Assembly: GCA_001179505.1 (NCBI GenBank)
Contig: CDMY01000283.1
Span: 72,198-136,197, forward strand
Direction: 5' to 3'
Length of the DNA: 64,000 bases
Origin: Vitrella brassicaformis CCMP3155
Lineage: Eukaryota > Protista > Chromerida
The notes beneath the pieces are model-generated. The model saw nothing but the letters and a program-made list of their open reading frames with translations. It had not been told where the DNA came from and made no database searches. Of the stretch, positions 25,301-37,900 are shown one piece after another; position 1 is the first letter of the stretch; each line of letters opens with the position of its first letter. The position numbers and the translations under genes were made by a program.

Positions 25301-26169
25301 TGGAAGTGAGGGAGACACAAAAGAGGTGATAATCAAGATTTGCTCAGTTTATATTTGTCGGCATATCTTCGCTTCTTCGCAGTCATGTCTCTCGCCTCTG
25401 TCTCTCACCTCTTTCCGCCTATCCTATACTGCCCACCCCCACGCACTCCACCCCACCACACTACTTGTGCGTGTGTCGTCGAATGGATCGACGGGATGGC
25501 ATTGGGCAGGATGGCGGGCTTTGCGTGACCTGATTGATTCTGTGGATGACTGACGGATGAATGGATGGATGCGGGAAGGCAGCAGGGAGGCAGGGAGGGA
25601 GGAAGGCCTGCTTTGCGCTTATCCCCATCTCACAGGGTGGGGACACAGACACACATGAGATAGATCGGTAGACAGACATATGGGTGGACGGGTGGATGGC
25701 ATGCTTGGTGCAGTGAGGTCGCGATGAGTGAACCCTACCCTGTCGTTGACGCGTTGACTGATTGCCTGCCTGCCTCACACGCGCATTACAGCCAGACACA
25801 CACAGAGAGAGATAGATAGGGAGGGAGGGGCCGTACGTGCACACGCGTGTCGTGTTGGGTGCCTGTATGATATGATAGTTGAGCTGGACAGAGGGAGAGA
25901 TCACAACCCACCCACTGTGGACCTCTCACTCACTCAGACAGACACATGCTGCCTTCCCCGAAGCATCTGAATGACACCACATTTCACCACACACACAGAC
26001 ACACATGACCACTCACTCTATCCACTGCCTGCCTTGTGGACACATGGATGGATGGATGGATGATGGATGGATGGCATGCCTTGTCTGCCCGTGAGTCGTC
26101 TGACTGGCTTGGTGCAATGGCATGGGGTGGGGTGGCGTGAGGTGGTCGGTCTGTCGTGTCATTCATATG

Positions 26170-26700
26170 ATGAGTGAACCCTACCCTGTCTGTTGACGCG
26201 TTGACTGACTTACTTGATGACCCGCACAAGGTGGGCAGGCAGCACACACACATACGCATCCATCCAGCCACCACATCGTCTGCGTGTCTCTCTGCGCATA
26301 TCAATGTGTGTGCAGACGAAGAAGTGCTTCTGCTGCGGTCAACCGGGCCATGGCTGGCAGCAGTGCCCTAAGCTCACCGAGTTCGCTGCTGCTGCCAAAA
26401 ACGTACACAAAGATCGGACATCCACACACACCCCGACGCACACACCCTTACATGCCGGACATGGCTATCTGTGTGTGCAGGATCCGCGTTTCTACATCGT
26501 TCCAGCACCCGTGGTCGCCACCCACACTAAAGAGCTCAAGCCGACCGCACAGAAGAAGGTGCGCAGATGGACACACACATCACACAGTCACTCATTCCAC
26601 GCTTTGTGTGGGAATGTGTGTGCAGGTCTGGGTGCCCAAGATCCGCGCCAACTGCCCCCAGCTGCGCCGTGGGGACACAAGGGTGACAAGGGCCAAGACA
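26170..26700 (+). pseudogene. Family B 3' cassette with chimeric last exon
   Basis: NPTLSVDALTDLLDDPHK, TKKCFCCGQPGHGWQQCPK, DPRFYIVPAP, VWVPK+IRANCPQLRRGDTR. Confidence 0.65.
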
Positions 26701-27269
26701 TGTCGATTCATAGGCCTGCTCATGTCTCATCGTTTTGTATTCGGTGTCCAGATCGCTGTTTACATTTTATATTCCGATCGACGTCTTGTTCCCATCCCCA
26801 CAGCAGCAGCTGTGTCTCACGAGTAGGTGCTGACATGCGATGATCGAATGGCGCTGATTCTTTCCTGTCTCTCTTTGCAGACCGCATTCAAGCTGATTAT
26901 TTTGCCCAGCGATCCCAAATATCTTCAAGTGGAGGTTGTCCCAGGACTCCTTGTGCGGATCGCTGGCTACGTTTTATATCGGTGGCCGTGTCTCCGTGGC
27001 TCGATCTGCACTTTGGATGGTACGAGTGAGACACTGCAGACACTGCTCATATGTCTCCAATCTGTATGTCGGTGCCGAATTTCTAGCTATACACACACAC
27101 ACCTTCACAGACCACACACAGTGTGTGTATGTGTGTGTGTCAGAACGTGATGAGGGCATCAAGGTGCCGGCTCCAGTCAAGGCTGAGACGTCGGTAGCCA
27201 TCCACACACAGAGAGAGAGAGGACTGTATGTGTATCGGAGACAAGCCTGCTATATCAGGACCTGCTCAA

Positions 27270-28400
27270 CCGCTTCGATGATGACGAAGTCTTTCAAGAA
27301 GATCCTCTACAAGAGGACGACCAAGGTACGCAATGACGGGGACTGCGGGAAAGGGACGAGGGAATTGGAGGAAGGCACTTCGGGGGCTTGTGTTTTTCTG
27401 CCTCTGTCCGTGGCGCAGGACGTGGCTGCGGTACTCGATGAGGACATGCCCGAGCCGGTGAGTGGAGCGTGGATGTAGGCCGCCTCACTCCTCATCAGTG
27501 TGCATTCGACGGAACAGGAGATCAAGGTGAAGCGCAAGGAGCACTTGGACTGATTCGAGATGATGCTAAGGGCGATCAACGAGGAGCTTGACAGTCGAGA
27601 GGAGGCAGCCAAGGCGATGAGGAGCCCATCAAGGAAGAGCAGGAGGCCATCAAAAACGCCAAAACCCGCCAGGTACTAAGCTATGATGCACCCGCTGTGA
27701 TGACTGCAGCACAAGGCGACGGCGTGCTAAGGCGACCAAGTTGCGAGAGGAAAAGGAAACGGAGAGGGTATAAAACAAAACCTGTAGCTTGTCGCATCTG
27801 AAAAGGTCAGTAGAACGAAGCCACTCAGCCGACTTAGTAACGCCTCTCTCTCTCTCTCTCTCTTTTCACGTGTGTGTGTGCAGCTGAGCAACCACTGGAA
27901 CGTAAGTATACACATGAAGACGATCATTCAGGCAAGAGTGATGGCACAAGCGAAGACCAAGACGGTCCGGCGAGTGGAGCAGGAACAGCGCAGACAGAAA
28001 AGCCACGAGCGAGAGGCAGGTGAGTTCGCCAAGGTGTGTGTGCATTGCTGTCATGCGTGCCCGAATCGGTGAGTGGAGCGTGGATGTGGGTTGCCTCACT
28101 CCTCATTCGTGCATTTTTTCGCAGACCGAAGAGGAGCTCAAGGAGCGCAAAGACCGCCGCAGGAAGCGTCACGAGGAGGACGTCGACCGGTTCGCCAAGC
28201 TGCTTGAGAAGATCACTCAGCAGCTCGACGACAAGGAGGGAGAGGCAGCCAAGTCCAAGGCCAAGGACGCCGAGGAGTCGCGCAAGAAAACGAAAGCTCG
28301 ACAGGTACTCGGGCGAAACATACATCGGCCATTGCCGCGTACACGGAAGTGGAGCTATGATGCATCTGCTGTCATGAGTGCAGCGCAAGGCGACCCGCGT
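27270..28400 (+). pseudogene. Two family C coiled-coil copies
   Basis: MMTKSFKKILYKRTTK, DVAAVLDEDMPEP, EHLD*FEMMLRAINEELD (stop); second copy with TEEELKERKDRRRKRHEEDVDRFAKLLEKITQQLDDKEGEAAKSKAKDAEESRKK. Confidence 0.55.
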
Positions 28401-31400
28401 TAAGCGCGCGAAGGCGGCCCAACTGCGCGACGAACATGAGACGGCACGGGTATGATTTAAGAAAAAGCGTGTCAATTGTCGCATCAGGATGGATGGTTTT
28501 TTGTGTGTATGTCTGCGTCTGTGTGTGTGCAGCTGATCCGTATCCTCTCTGGCAAGCTCGAAGTCCGTCAGCGCATCCATCCCTCCCCCCCACACACATC
28601 AACCACATGGATGGATCTCTTCCGTGTGTGTGTGTGTGTATCAGTCCGTTTGCTGATGTTCGCCCCCGTAACTCTTTTCTTCGTAAGGCCTGTCCGTTTT
28701 CTCTCACCATTACTATGCCGGTCTCGTCTGTCAGTCGCTTGGTCCTTGAGCGTCGGGCGTTTTTCTGCGGCTGCACGAGTGCCCCACACATGCTGCTGCG
28801 TGCGCGTCTCACTCCACTGATCGGGGTAGGCAGGCAGGCAGAGAGACCAACACCACCACCACCACCGACCACATAAGATACGTACTCGTATGCTACACTA
28901 GACATCTCCTTTCATCTCGTCTCTATCCAGATATCGCGTGGAGAGAGCCTTGCGTGTCGCTACCTGTCCGTCGTCGGTCGATCTTTGGCTTGACATGTAG
29001 TGCTTGATTGCAAGAGAGATGGGTACACCTCCGTGTGTGGCGAGTGTGTGGCATGTCTGCCTGTGGTCAGGGAGCCTTTCGTCTGTCTGTCTAGTCCACT
29101 CTTTCTGTCGGGCACCGGTTTGCGCGAGACAACAAAAGCCAGGACTCAGCCAGCTAAGGCGTTTTCGTGCGTGCGAGCGTGTCCGTATCTCACACCACAC
29201 CTGTGTGCAACTGCAACTGCTCGCTCTCACCGTCCTGTCTGTCTGACTCCACACACCTGTGCAATAGGGACAGAAGTGACACATGGGTTCCATGGGAATG
29301 AGACCTTCGCGTTAATGGCCTTTCCCCACGCTGGGCTTTCTCTCATGTCGCCAACTGCACTGGGGGAGTGCGATGGCCTGCATCGCGGGGTGATGTGAGT
29401 CGTGTGGGGTCACTTCTGGCTGGCTGGCTGGCTGGCTGCATGGATGGATGGATGAACAGCCGGGCTGACGTTTCTTTTGTGTTGATGCGTGGTGAGTCGG
29501 GCGGGGAGGGGGGGATGGCAGACAGCGGCATGGGTGATCAAGTATGATTTGGTTCGGTGTGGTCTGTGCCGATTGATTGCATTGCGTCGATTTGTGTGGT
29601 TGTGCTGCCAGTGATCCATCCCGACTCCCACCCACTCAGTCAGCCTCCCTCTGGTGCATGGCGGGGCGAGCCAGTGTTCCCTTTTAAGGGTCGCGTGTGT
29701 GTGTGGCTTTTGCCTGCTTTGCCCGCCCTTATCTCAGTGGCGCGGCAGACAGACAGACAGACAGGCTGCACGTCAGGCAGTGTTGTGGTGATGGATGGCT
29801 GGGTGACCCGTGTCGCTTCATGGATAGGGGCGGGCAGCAGGGAGGCCGAGAGAGAGACCCTACGCCCACCCACACACATGCCATCGCCCCGCCCCTGTCA
29901 CGTGTCGTCGTGTCTGGTCGTTTTCGACAAGCAGTCAGCCCACACACACACACAAACTCATGGATGGCAATGATGGATGGATCATGTCTGTGCGTGTGGG
30001 GGCACACAAGCATCCTGTCTGTGCGTGTGGGGGGACACAAGGGTGGGACACCGACGATTTTTCTGTGCAATATGGGACACAGGACTGACTGAGAGCGTTT
30101 AATGGCTTGCCAGTCCCTTGCGGGTGTGTGGGTGCATGCATGGGAGGGAGAGAGTGTGGGAGGAATGCTGATATGAGAGTGAGGGCGATGGAGGAGTGTG
30201 GTGTGCGGTATATCATCGCTGTCTACATCTTATATTCCGTGGGTGAGTGGTTTGTCAATGGATGGACCGGATCGTGCTCAAATGATAAACCCAGTATGTC
30301 AGCCTATAGCAAAGTTGAACCCACCACACCAATGGTAGCCATCGCCAGCACACAAAAAGAAACGGCAGCTCTCTCTACTTCACTCATCTGATCTAACAGA
30401 GCCTTGCGCACACTGCGCTTTCTGAGTCAGACTGAGTGTCATCCAAAGCCCCACATCAGCTGTCGTTGATGTGGGGCCAATCAGTTGACGGCAGCCGAGC
30501 TTGGTGAATCAGCAGCTAGCAGCAGCGCCATGCCGCTGATAGCGATAGTCAGAGCCGCTGGACGCTGATTGGCGGGCTGGTGTGGAGGGCCTCATGAGCC
30601 AACACAGCTATCGTCTGCGCCGAAAAGACTGCAACCATCACACACACACGGACATTTGTTCATCGCTGACCTGACCAGTCCTGTTGCCGCAGTAGAGCGC
30701 TCCAGTCACCCTCTCTTGTTCCACATCGCTGCTGCTCCGTCAGCCGCTGACCAGCCACGTCATCACAGCCAATCCCCAGCCGTGTCTGCGTCGTCGAGCC
30801 ACGTCCATGCACAATCCGAGAGAGAGATCACTGGTCGAATCTCTCCGCCAATGAATGTCATTCCCTGTGCATCCAATCAGTGATGGAATCTTTGCCCACC
30901 GAGTAGAGCTGACGGGATCTGGAGGGTGCATGAGCCTGCTGGGGGGCAGAGAAAGGCGAAGATCTAAACAATCGACAGCATTGGCTCGTGCTCCCGTGAA
31001 TTACCATCTATCCCCCCTTCCCTCTTCCCCCCTCGGCTCGTCTGCGCGCTTGGCTTGCACACGAGCACGTTTTTTTCCCCTCCTCCACGCCTCCCTCCCC
31101 TCTCCAGGCGTGTTCTCGCCCAACGCGAACGCGAGCGCAAACGCGAACGCGAACCCGAACCCGAGCCCCGCCCGCCCAGGAGCTCGCCTAACGTCGAGCT
31201 CGCTGTCAGAGAGGCTGCTTCAGAGAAAGCGATTCCCCCCGCTCCTGCCTTCCAGAAGATGCCGCGTGGTCGTCACCTCTCGATTCGCACGAGATCTGGC
31301 TCACTTGATCCGTTGCTCATGCTGCCCAGATTTGCATCCATCTGATGGCTTCTCGTGACCTTCTGACCACATCGGCGCATCAGCGGTGGTCACTTTACTG

Positions 31401-32419
31401 CCGAGATCATCAGACGGCCTTCAGCTGCTGCCTCGGCAGTCACCATCTATCCAGCCTTGTTTGCCGTGACGCCACGGCGAACTTGAGGGCTTGAGGACTT
31501 CACGCGTCGTGACGGCCATCGAGTGAGGCAGCTCTAAGCCCAAGGCAGAGGGCGGATGTGGCTTCAATTCATCCGCGTGGCCTTAGACCAGAGGTGAGAA
31601 GGCAGAGCACAGTGTGACATCCGTTCTGGTGCGTGTCAGGGCGCAGCAGGCTGTCGTGCCGCTTTGATTGCCTCATTCGTCGCCATGGTCTTCGGCACCA
31701 GCGTGAATGTGTGCGCAGCTGCCCTGATGACCTGCTCGATCGTCTGCAGAATCAAGAGTGTGTGGATGGACGGCATTGGCATTGATAGATCACTGCGGGA
31801 CACTCGTCTGATGATTTCATGCACTCGTGGATGGATGGCTGGATGGTGCGTGGACGGATGCTGCTATGGGACTTGGTCAATACATGGAACTCATTCACTG
31901 ACAAGACCACACGCATTCACAAGTGCACGTCAAGTTGCTGCGTCAAGAGACGCACTAGCTACCGGTTGATCGCTGGCTGAGCCTGACTACCAAAAGCCAC
32001 ACAAACACACACACACAGTGCAGCTATCTAAAGCGCTCACCCATCTATCCATCCATCATCCATCCATCATCCATCCATCATCCATCCATCAGTGTGTTCG
32101 CCTGACTATCAGGATCCACATAAATATCTGATCTACAGGTAAGCGCACCAACTGGTCTATTCACCCTCACGGAACACTGAAGTTGTCACCCAAGGCGGAA
32201 CCCCCCATACACAAATAGGCTGGAAACGGCCATTCAAACGCGCGAGTCAGTCATATCCGTTTGTTCTCATACCGAAAAAGAACGCCCATTCATTCGCTGT
32301 GTGTGTGAGTCTGTCTGTCTGTCAGCCGCTCGATGCCCGCCGGACACAAAGGGTGATTGACACCCAACGTGTCCGGTTCACCATCGAGCGGCCGACAGTC
32401 AGCAAACCGACAGACGATG

Positions 32420-33740
32420 CACCCATCACACGCACCGCACGTCGACAGACAGAGAACGACTATCTGTGTGTGAGTTGAGTGTGTGAAGGTGGACCCTCTC
32501 TCCCTCCCGACATTCACAACCAAAAACCCATCCGTCCATCCGTCCGTCTATCTGCCAGCCAGCCAGTCAGCCAGCGCTCACATCACATCACATCACCTCA
32601 CGTCAGTCAGGCCACGGGACACCACAGCAAGCCATGGCGACAAACCACAAACCAGAATCGCTCATTCACCGTCACCCACAGCACAACGACGGACGTCACT
32701 CAGCGACCCACAGCAGACATCGCATCGCACCGCATCGCCCCACATCACTCTCACTCAGACCGCAGCCGGCAGGCAGGCAAGCCATCCGTCCATCCATCAC
32801 TCCATCCATCCATCAACACACACTCTTTCAGTCAGTCACTCAGCACACACTCTTTCAGTCAGTCACTCGGCAAGTGAGATCACTACGTGTGGGTGTGGGT
32901 GTGGGTGAGGTGGCGGGGGGCCTGTCAGTCAGTCAGTCAGTGAGGGAGTGGGTGTGTGGGTGTGGTGCGCCTCGTCGGAAAAGACTCGCGCACAGTCAGT
33001 GAGTGAGTGTGTGTGTGTGCGGTGGGCGGGGAGGCCATACAACGGACGAGGCGGACGAGGCAGACGTGGCAGACAACAGACAGACATCAGACATCAGGGG
33101 CAGCTACGCCGTCGGTGCACTCACACATCTCCTTGTGTGTGAGGTGAGTGAGCTAGTGGTCTGTCTGCCTGCCGCTGTCTGTCTGTCTGTCTGTCTGTGT
33201 CTGTGGCCTCCCTCCCTCCGTCCATCCCGCAACACACCCTCTCCCAGCACCGCACTGCACCCATCACACGCACCGCACGTCGACAGACAGAGAACGACTA
33301 TTTGTGTTTGAGTTGAGTGTGTGAAGGTGGACCCTCTCTCCCTCCCGACATTCACAACCAAAAACCCATCCGTCCATCCGTCCGTCTATCTGCCAGCCAG
33401 CCAGCCAGCCAGCCACCGCTCACATCACATCACATCACCTCACGTCAGTCAGGCCCCGGGACACCACAGCAAGCCATGGCGACAAACCACAAACCAGAAT
33501 CGCTCATTCACCGTCACCCACAGCACAACGACGGACGTCACTCAGCGACCCACAGCAGACGTCGCATCGCACCGCATCGCCCCACATCACTCTCACTCAG
33601 ACCGCAGCCGGCAGGCAGGCAAGCCATCCATCAGTCCATCCATGCATCCATCCATCCATCAACACACACCTTCAGTCAGTCAGTCAGGGAGTGAGATAAC
33701 TACGTGTGGGTGTGGGTGTGTGCGAGGTGGCGGGGGGCAT
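32420..33740. repeat. Direct repeat, two ~480-bp copies offset by 838 bp
   Basis: cacccatcacacgcaccgcacgtcgacagacagagaacgactat... at ~32420 and ~33258. ORF-track twins at 32479 and 33317. Confidence 0.9.
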
Positions 33741-33802
33741 GTCAGTCACTCAGTCAGCGGCAGTCAGTCAGGGAGTGAGTAGGTGCGAGGGTGGGTGGCG
33801 GT

Positions 33803-34942
33803 CTAGGCGGTCTTGGCCATCCACACCTGCACACACACATCAACACAAAGCGTGAAATGAGTGAATGAGTGGACGTGTGTGCCCATCTGTCTACCTTTCG
33901 AGCGGTGTTGTGGAACTTCTTGGATGTCTGCAGCTTCAGCTTCACGATGCCCTCCGCAGTTACGATCCAGAATGGATTCTGCACACACAGACAAAGTCAT
34001 TCGGGCATCTAAGGGTGTGTGCGTCGGTGTGTGTATGTGTGGATGTCCGATCTTTCCGCACCTCATCCTCGGCGGCAGCAGGGTCTTTCATGGGCAGGTG
34101 GTGCTTGTCGTTGGTGCACTCCTGCACACACAGAGATAAACATACGTCGATGTCTCACAGCAGCGAATCATCAGACTTCTGTGTGAGAGCTTTACCTTGG
34201 ACTCAGCGACTTTCTGAAATCATCAGACACAAACACACATACACAGAACCACATACACACATTGATGGACAGCCATGCAGGCGTCTGTGCTGGCGAGTGT
34301 CGCTGTGTGTACCTTGGAGGTGGCAGTGGTGGTCGGCTGCTTGCTCTTGGGGGGGCCGTTGGCCCACATGCCCTTGTTGTTCTGTGGACAATCGCATGTG
34401 TGTACACGTCTGTTGGTTTCGGGTGTGCCGCTTCTGCATACCTTGGCCGACTGCTTGAATTCCTTGTCGTCCTGGCTGCCAGGCAGTGAAGGGTAGTCCT
34501 GTCAGCCACACACAGCAGCAATTCATCAGATGTTCATTCGTGTTAAGCGTGTGTGTGTCGTGCTCACGTTCTCGTCCTTACCGAACTGGAAACCCCGTAA
34601 TCAGAGCACACACACACATACACACACACAGAGGGACAGACATGCAGGCATCTGTGTGCGCGTGGCTGCAAGTGTGTGTCACTCTGCGCACCGTGTCGCT
34701 GCCGGTGCCGGTGGTGGTGCTGGCAGTCGGCGTCGGCGGGTCCTTCTTGACTGGCTGCTGCAAAAAATCAAGACCGCACCAATGGCTCCCGACGTGCCTT
34801 CTCCTTCCCTATTCTCTCTCTCATCACCCTCCCTCGCTTAACATACCTTCACAACTTCGCGCCACTGAAACTTGGGCGATGCCGGCTGCTGGCGACAAAC
34901 TCCATGAGGACCCCGAGGACGAAAACCACCATGACGCCCCAT
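33803..34942 (-). CDS. Family B micro-exon protein, apparently intact, lacking the zinc knuckle (9 exons, all phase 0)
   Basis: Manual splice: MGRHGGFRPRGPHGVCRQQPASPKFQWREVVK, QPVKKDPPTPTASTTTGTGSDT, FGKDEN, DYPSLPGSQDDKEFKQSAK, NNKGMWANGPPKSKQPTTTATSK, KVAESK, ECTNDKHHLPMKDPAAAEDE, NPFWIVTAEGIVKLKLQTSKKFHNTARK, VWMAKTA*. GT-AG at each junction, no stops. Confidence 0.65.
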
Positions 34943-37900
34943 CGCGCGACGGACGGACGGAATACGGACGGACGGACGGAAGATGGACGGACGGACAGAC
35001 GGCAGAGGGCCTCGCTGGTTGGCTGCTCGGTGGCTGGCTGGCTGGCTCGCGGGATGGCACACGGCTGGCTGGAGAGGGAGAGGGGTGAGAGAGGGAGAGA
35101 GGGACGCCTGGCTGGCTCAGGCTGCTCACGGGTGTGCACGCGCGTCGCACCTGCCCCTCGAAGGCAGGTAGGGATTCGTCCAGTAGGGTTCTCCGCTGGC
35201 CTGACCGGTCACTGGCACTGGACTCGGACAACCTTTTAGCCACATCGTGCCTTGATTCGGCGAGGGATCATCCAGTGCGATGGGTAGACCCATCCAGGGC
35301 TGACAGGAAAGACGGCCGCCGAGGAGAAGCAGGCCGTCTCCCGATCGAAGAAAAGAAGAAGCGCGCAGGTGAGACGAGGGGAAGAAGGAGCTTGGGAGAT
35401 TCTGAGAAGCGCAGGCTCGAGTGGCGGATGAGAGCGAGTGGACCAAGTTCTGGCGAGAATGAGGGCTTGACGAATGAGATGGAGAAAGGAGGCAGGCCAG
35501 ATGCAGAAGAGGAGCACACGACAGTGAGTGCGTGTAGATGGACAGTGCCTTTCTGTGTGTTCCTTGCCTGCCTGCTGAGCCATTCATCGCTGTTCGTGAC
35601 TGGTTCGCTTGCATGACGGACTCAATTTCATGGTCATGGCTTCGTGTCAAGGGTTCTCGCCTCATTGCAACAAATGTCGAGCACGTGAGAGCGTTAAGGA
35701 CACGTCGACATGTTCACAGCCCAGTGGACGTGTCTGTCTTCCACACACAAACAGTCACCTTTCTCTGTGGGCGCCGTGGGGGAGTGCATGTCGACTTTGT
35801 CCCTTGTGTGCGTGTGTGTGTGTGTGTGCGTGGCAGCCGTTTCCAGGGACTACCGATGAGAGAGCGGCCGTCCACTGGCGGCCGCTGCCTCGTCGGTTGG
35901 TGTGCATGGGTTTGCCACGAAGGTGAGTGAGTGGGTGGGCATTTTGGCGTGGCGGCTGACGTTTTGTTTGTTTGTTTGTTTGTTCGTTCGAACGACGAAG
36001 TGGAGTTGATTTTGTTTGTTTGTTCGTTCGTTCGTTCGTTCGATGTCAGCGCCACACCGCCCATTCACATCCATGTGTCTGTCCATTCATCCATTCATCC
36101 ATCCATCGGCCTTGCCACAAAACTTAGAGAGCAATGCCCACAAGACAAAAACGCTTCAAACACGACTCATCCCTCTGTCTGTCTGCTATGTATTGTCTGT
36201 CTGTCTGTGTGTCTCTTTGTCAGCTCGGCAACTCCTCTGTCCCACACCCGTCCATCCATCCGTCCATCTTGCGCTCGGCTGCCCTCTATGGCCCCTCCTT
36301 CCCCTCATCCGCCGCTGCAGCTGCTTTTCAGAGGTCCCCTTGTTGATGCTGCCTCGGATGCTCCATTGCCCTAACTGCCGTGGCTGTGCCGCTGCCTAGC
36401 GGTGGCCGTCTTGGGCGAACACAGAGAGCGTGGGGTGGCCGTCAAGAAGAAGGGCGGCGGGAGAGGGAAAAGGGCGGAGAGACACGAATCTCCCGGTGGA
36501 GAGGAGGGCGCACGCTGCTGCTGCGGCTCCTGGTGCTGGTGGTGCTGCCCGTTTTGTTGATCGATCCACGACTGCAGCAGAGAGGAGGCAGCAGCGGATG
36601 GCACGGATGAATGCCATGCAGACGGCCCCTCTTTCTCCCTCACCGTGGCGGCGCACGGAGGCGAGAGACGCATGAATTCATCCTCCTCCTTTGGCACCGA
36701 AGAAGGCCCTCTTGATAAGGTTGCATTGCCGCAACCGCCGTGGCTGGGTCACTGCCGAGTGCTCGTTGCGCAGAGAGAGGGCGTGAAGGTGGCCATCGAT
36801 GAGAAAAGCCGAGGGAAGGGGAGAGGGAGGGGAAATGAGCAGCCGCTAAGGTGTTGGGGGTGCCCCTGCTGCTGCTGCGGAGACATGACCTTTTTGCTGA
36901 TCGATCCCTGACTGACAAAAACAAAAACCGTGCACAAGCGGATGAACTTTTGACCTGCAGCTCCATCTCTCGCTGACCATCTCTTGCTGAGGAGCACAGC
37001 CGCCCGAAATGCATGAGCTCAGTCGGCAAGGGATACTGTAGGTGGAGTTTTGAAGATAAGATATAGCCACCCCACAGCACCTGCCCGCTCGCTCTGCTCG
37101 GCAGGATGCCTGGGATGCATGGCGTCTCATCAGCTGCGTCAAACACAGTCGCCCTCCGTCGTTGCAGCGGTCCGGCGGATGGTGGGGACCTGTTTGCGCT
37201 GAGGGGCTGGCGGGGAACCATGAGGGGGTGCGATGAGTGCGGCCTTGGCGCTCACGAGCCGCCTATGTCCCCGGTGACGGCAGGAGACAACTGAGCTGGC
37301 CGTTGTTCCCAACGGCCTGGCTGTGAATTATTTTGATCCCGACCTATATGGATGGGGGGATGGGGGGATTCTGGGCTTTGACATTTCGTTTCCACCCTTG
37401 ATCATCGGTCTGTGGAGGCCAATCGGCCCCTCCTTTACACGTGGTGCAAGCAGGTGCACGAGATGTTTTCGTGGCTGATGGTCTGCACTTGTGGATGTGG
37501 AGTGCTCACAGACCCTCGTCCGTCCATCCGTCCAGACGCCACCACACGACTTACATGGCATCCTTTCTCCACCTGTCGCTTCATGCTCCGCTGGTGGACT
37601 CCGCCATCTGCAAATTCGGCCGGCGGCCAGGCAGCGACGACCCGGTGCACACTCGACTATCATTGGTACTCGAGTGCGTCGTCACATACGGTCATAAAAC
37701 CACGCACCCATCGAGTATGGCCGACACAACAGCACTAGCGGTCCTTGCTCCCCCCTCTGTCCAGCTGTCGAGGGGCCAGCGAACCTCAGACAGGCTGACA
37801 GAGAGAGATGTATATCTATCAAATCGATGACAAATACCACTCAAACACCACACACAGCGAAAAACAGACACACTCGCCACGCTCGCCACAATTTGCCACA

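Larger units (their letters stand above)
1..28500 (+). repeat. Tandem mosaic array of degenerate multi-exon paralogs (modules A, B, C, D)
   Basis: The same exons and introns recur many times, all on +: CFxCGxxGHxxxxC knuckle exons, DPRFYIVPAP and NPFWII exons, WxPK exons, atcgctggctacattttatat, and EVIRLLKEKLRAER coiled-coil exons. Several blocks are near-identical (e.g. 4640-5439, 5740-6420, 9459-10240). Confidence 0.93.

Noticed and set aside
1-28500. Autonomous LTR/LINE retrotransposon suggested by the zinc knuckles
   Set aside because: No RT, RNase H, integrase or protease motifs, LTRs or poly(A) tails were recognised, and the knuckles lie in spliceosomal micro-exons.
1-28500. CRISPR-like or other prokaryotic repeat array
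   Set aside because: The repeats are exon/intron paralogs in eukaryotic DNA, with no constant repeat-spacer period.
28900-32300. Short ORFs in the spacer (e.g. 31055-31345 +, 31636-31824 -)
   Set aside because: Low complexity or isolated; no consistent splice model or recognisable family.
35130-37700. Possible genes on + (35134-35930) and - (36371-37680)
   Set aside because: Some coding-like stretches and splice sites, but I could not build a stop-free model or recognise a domain.
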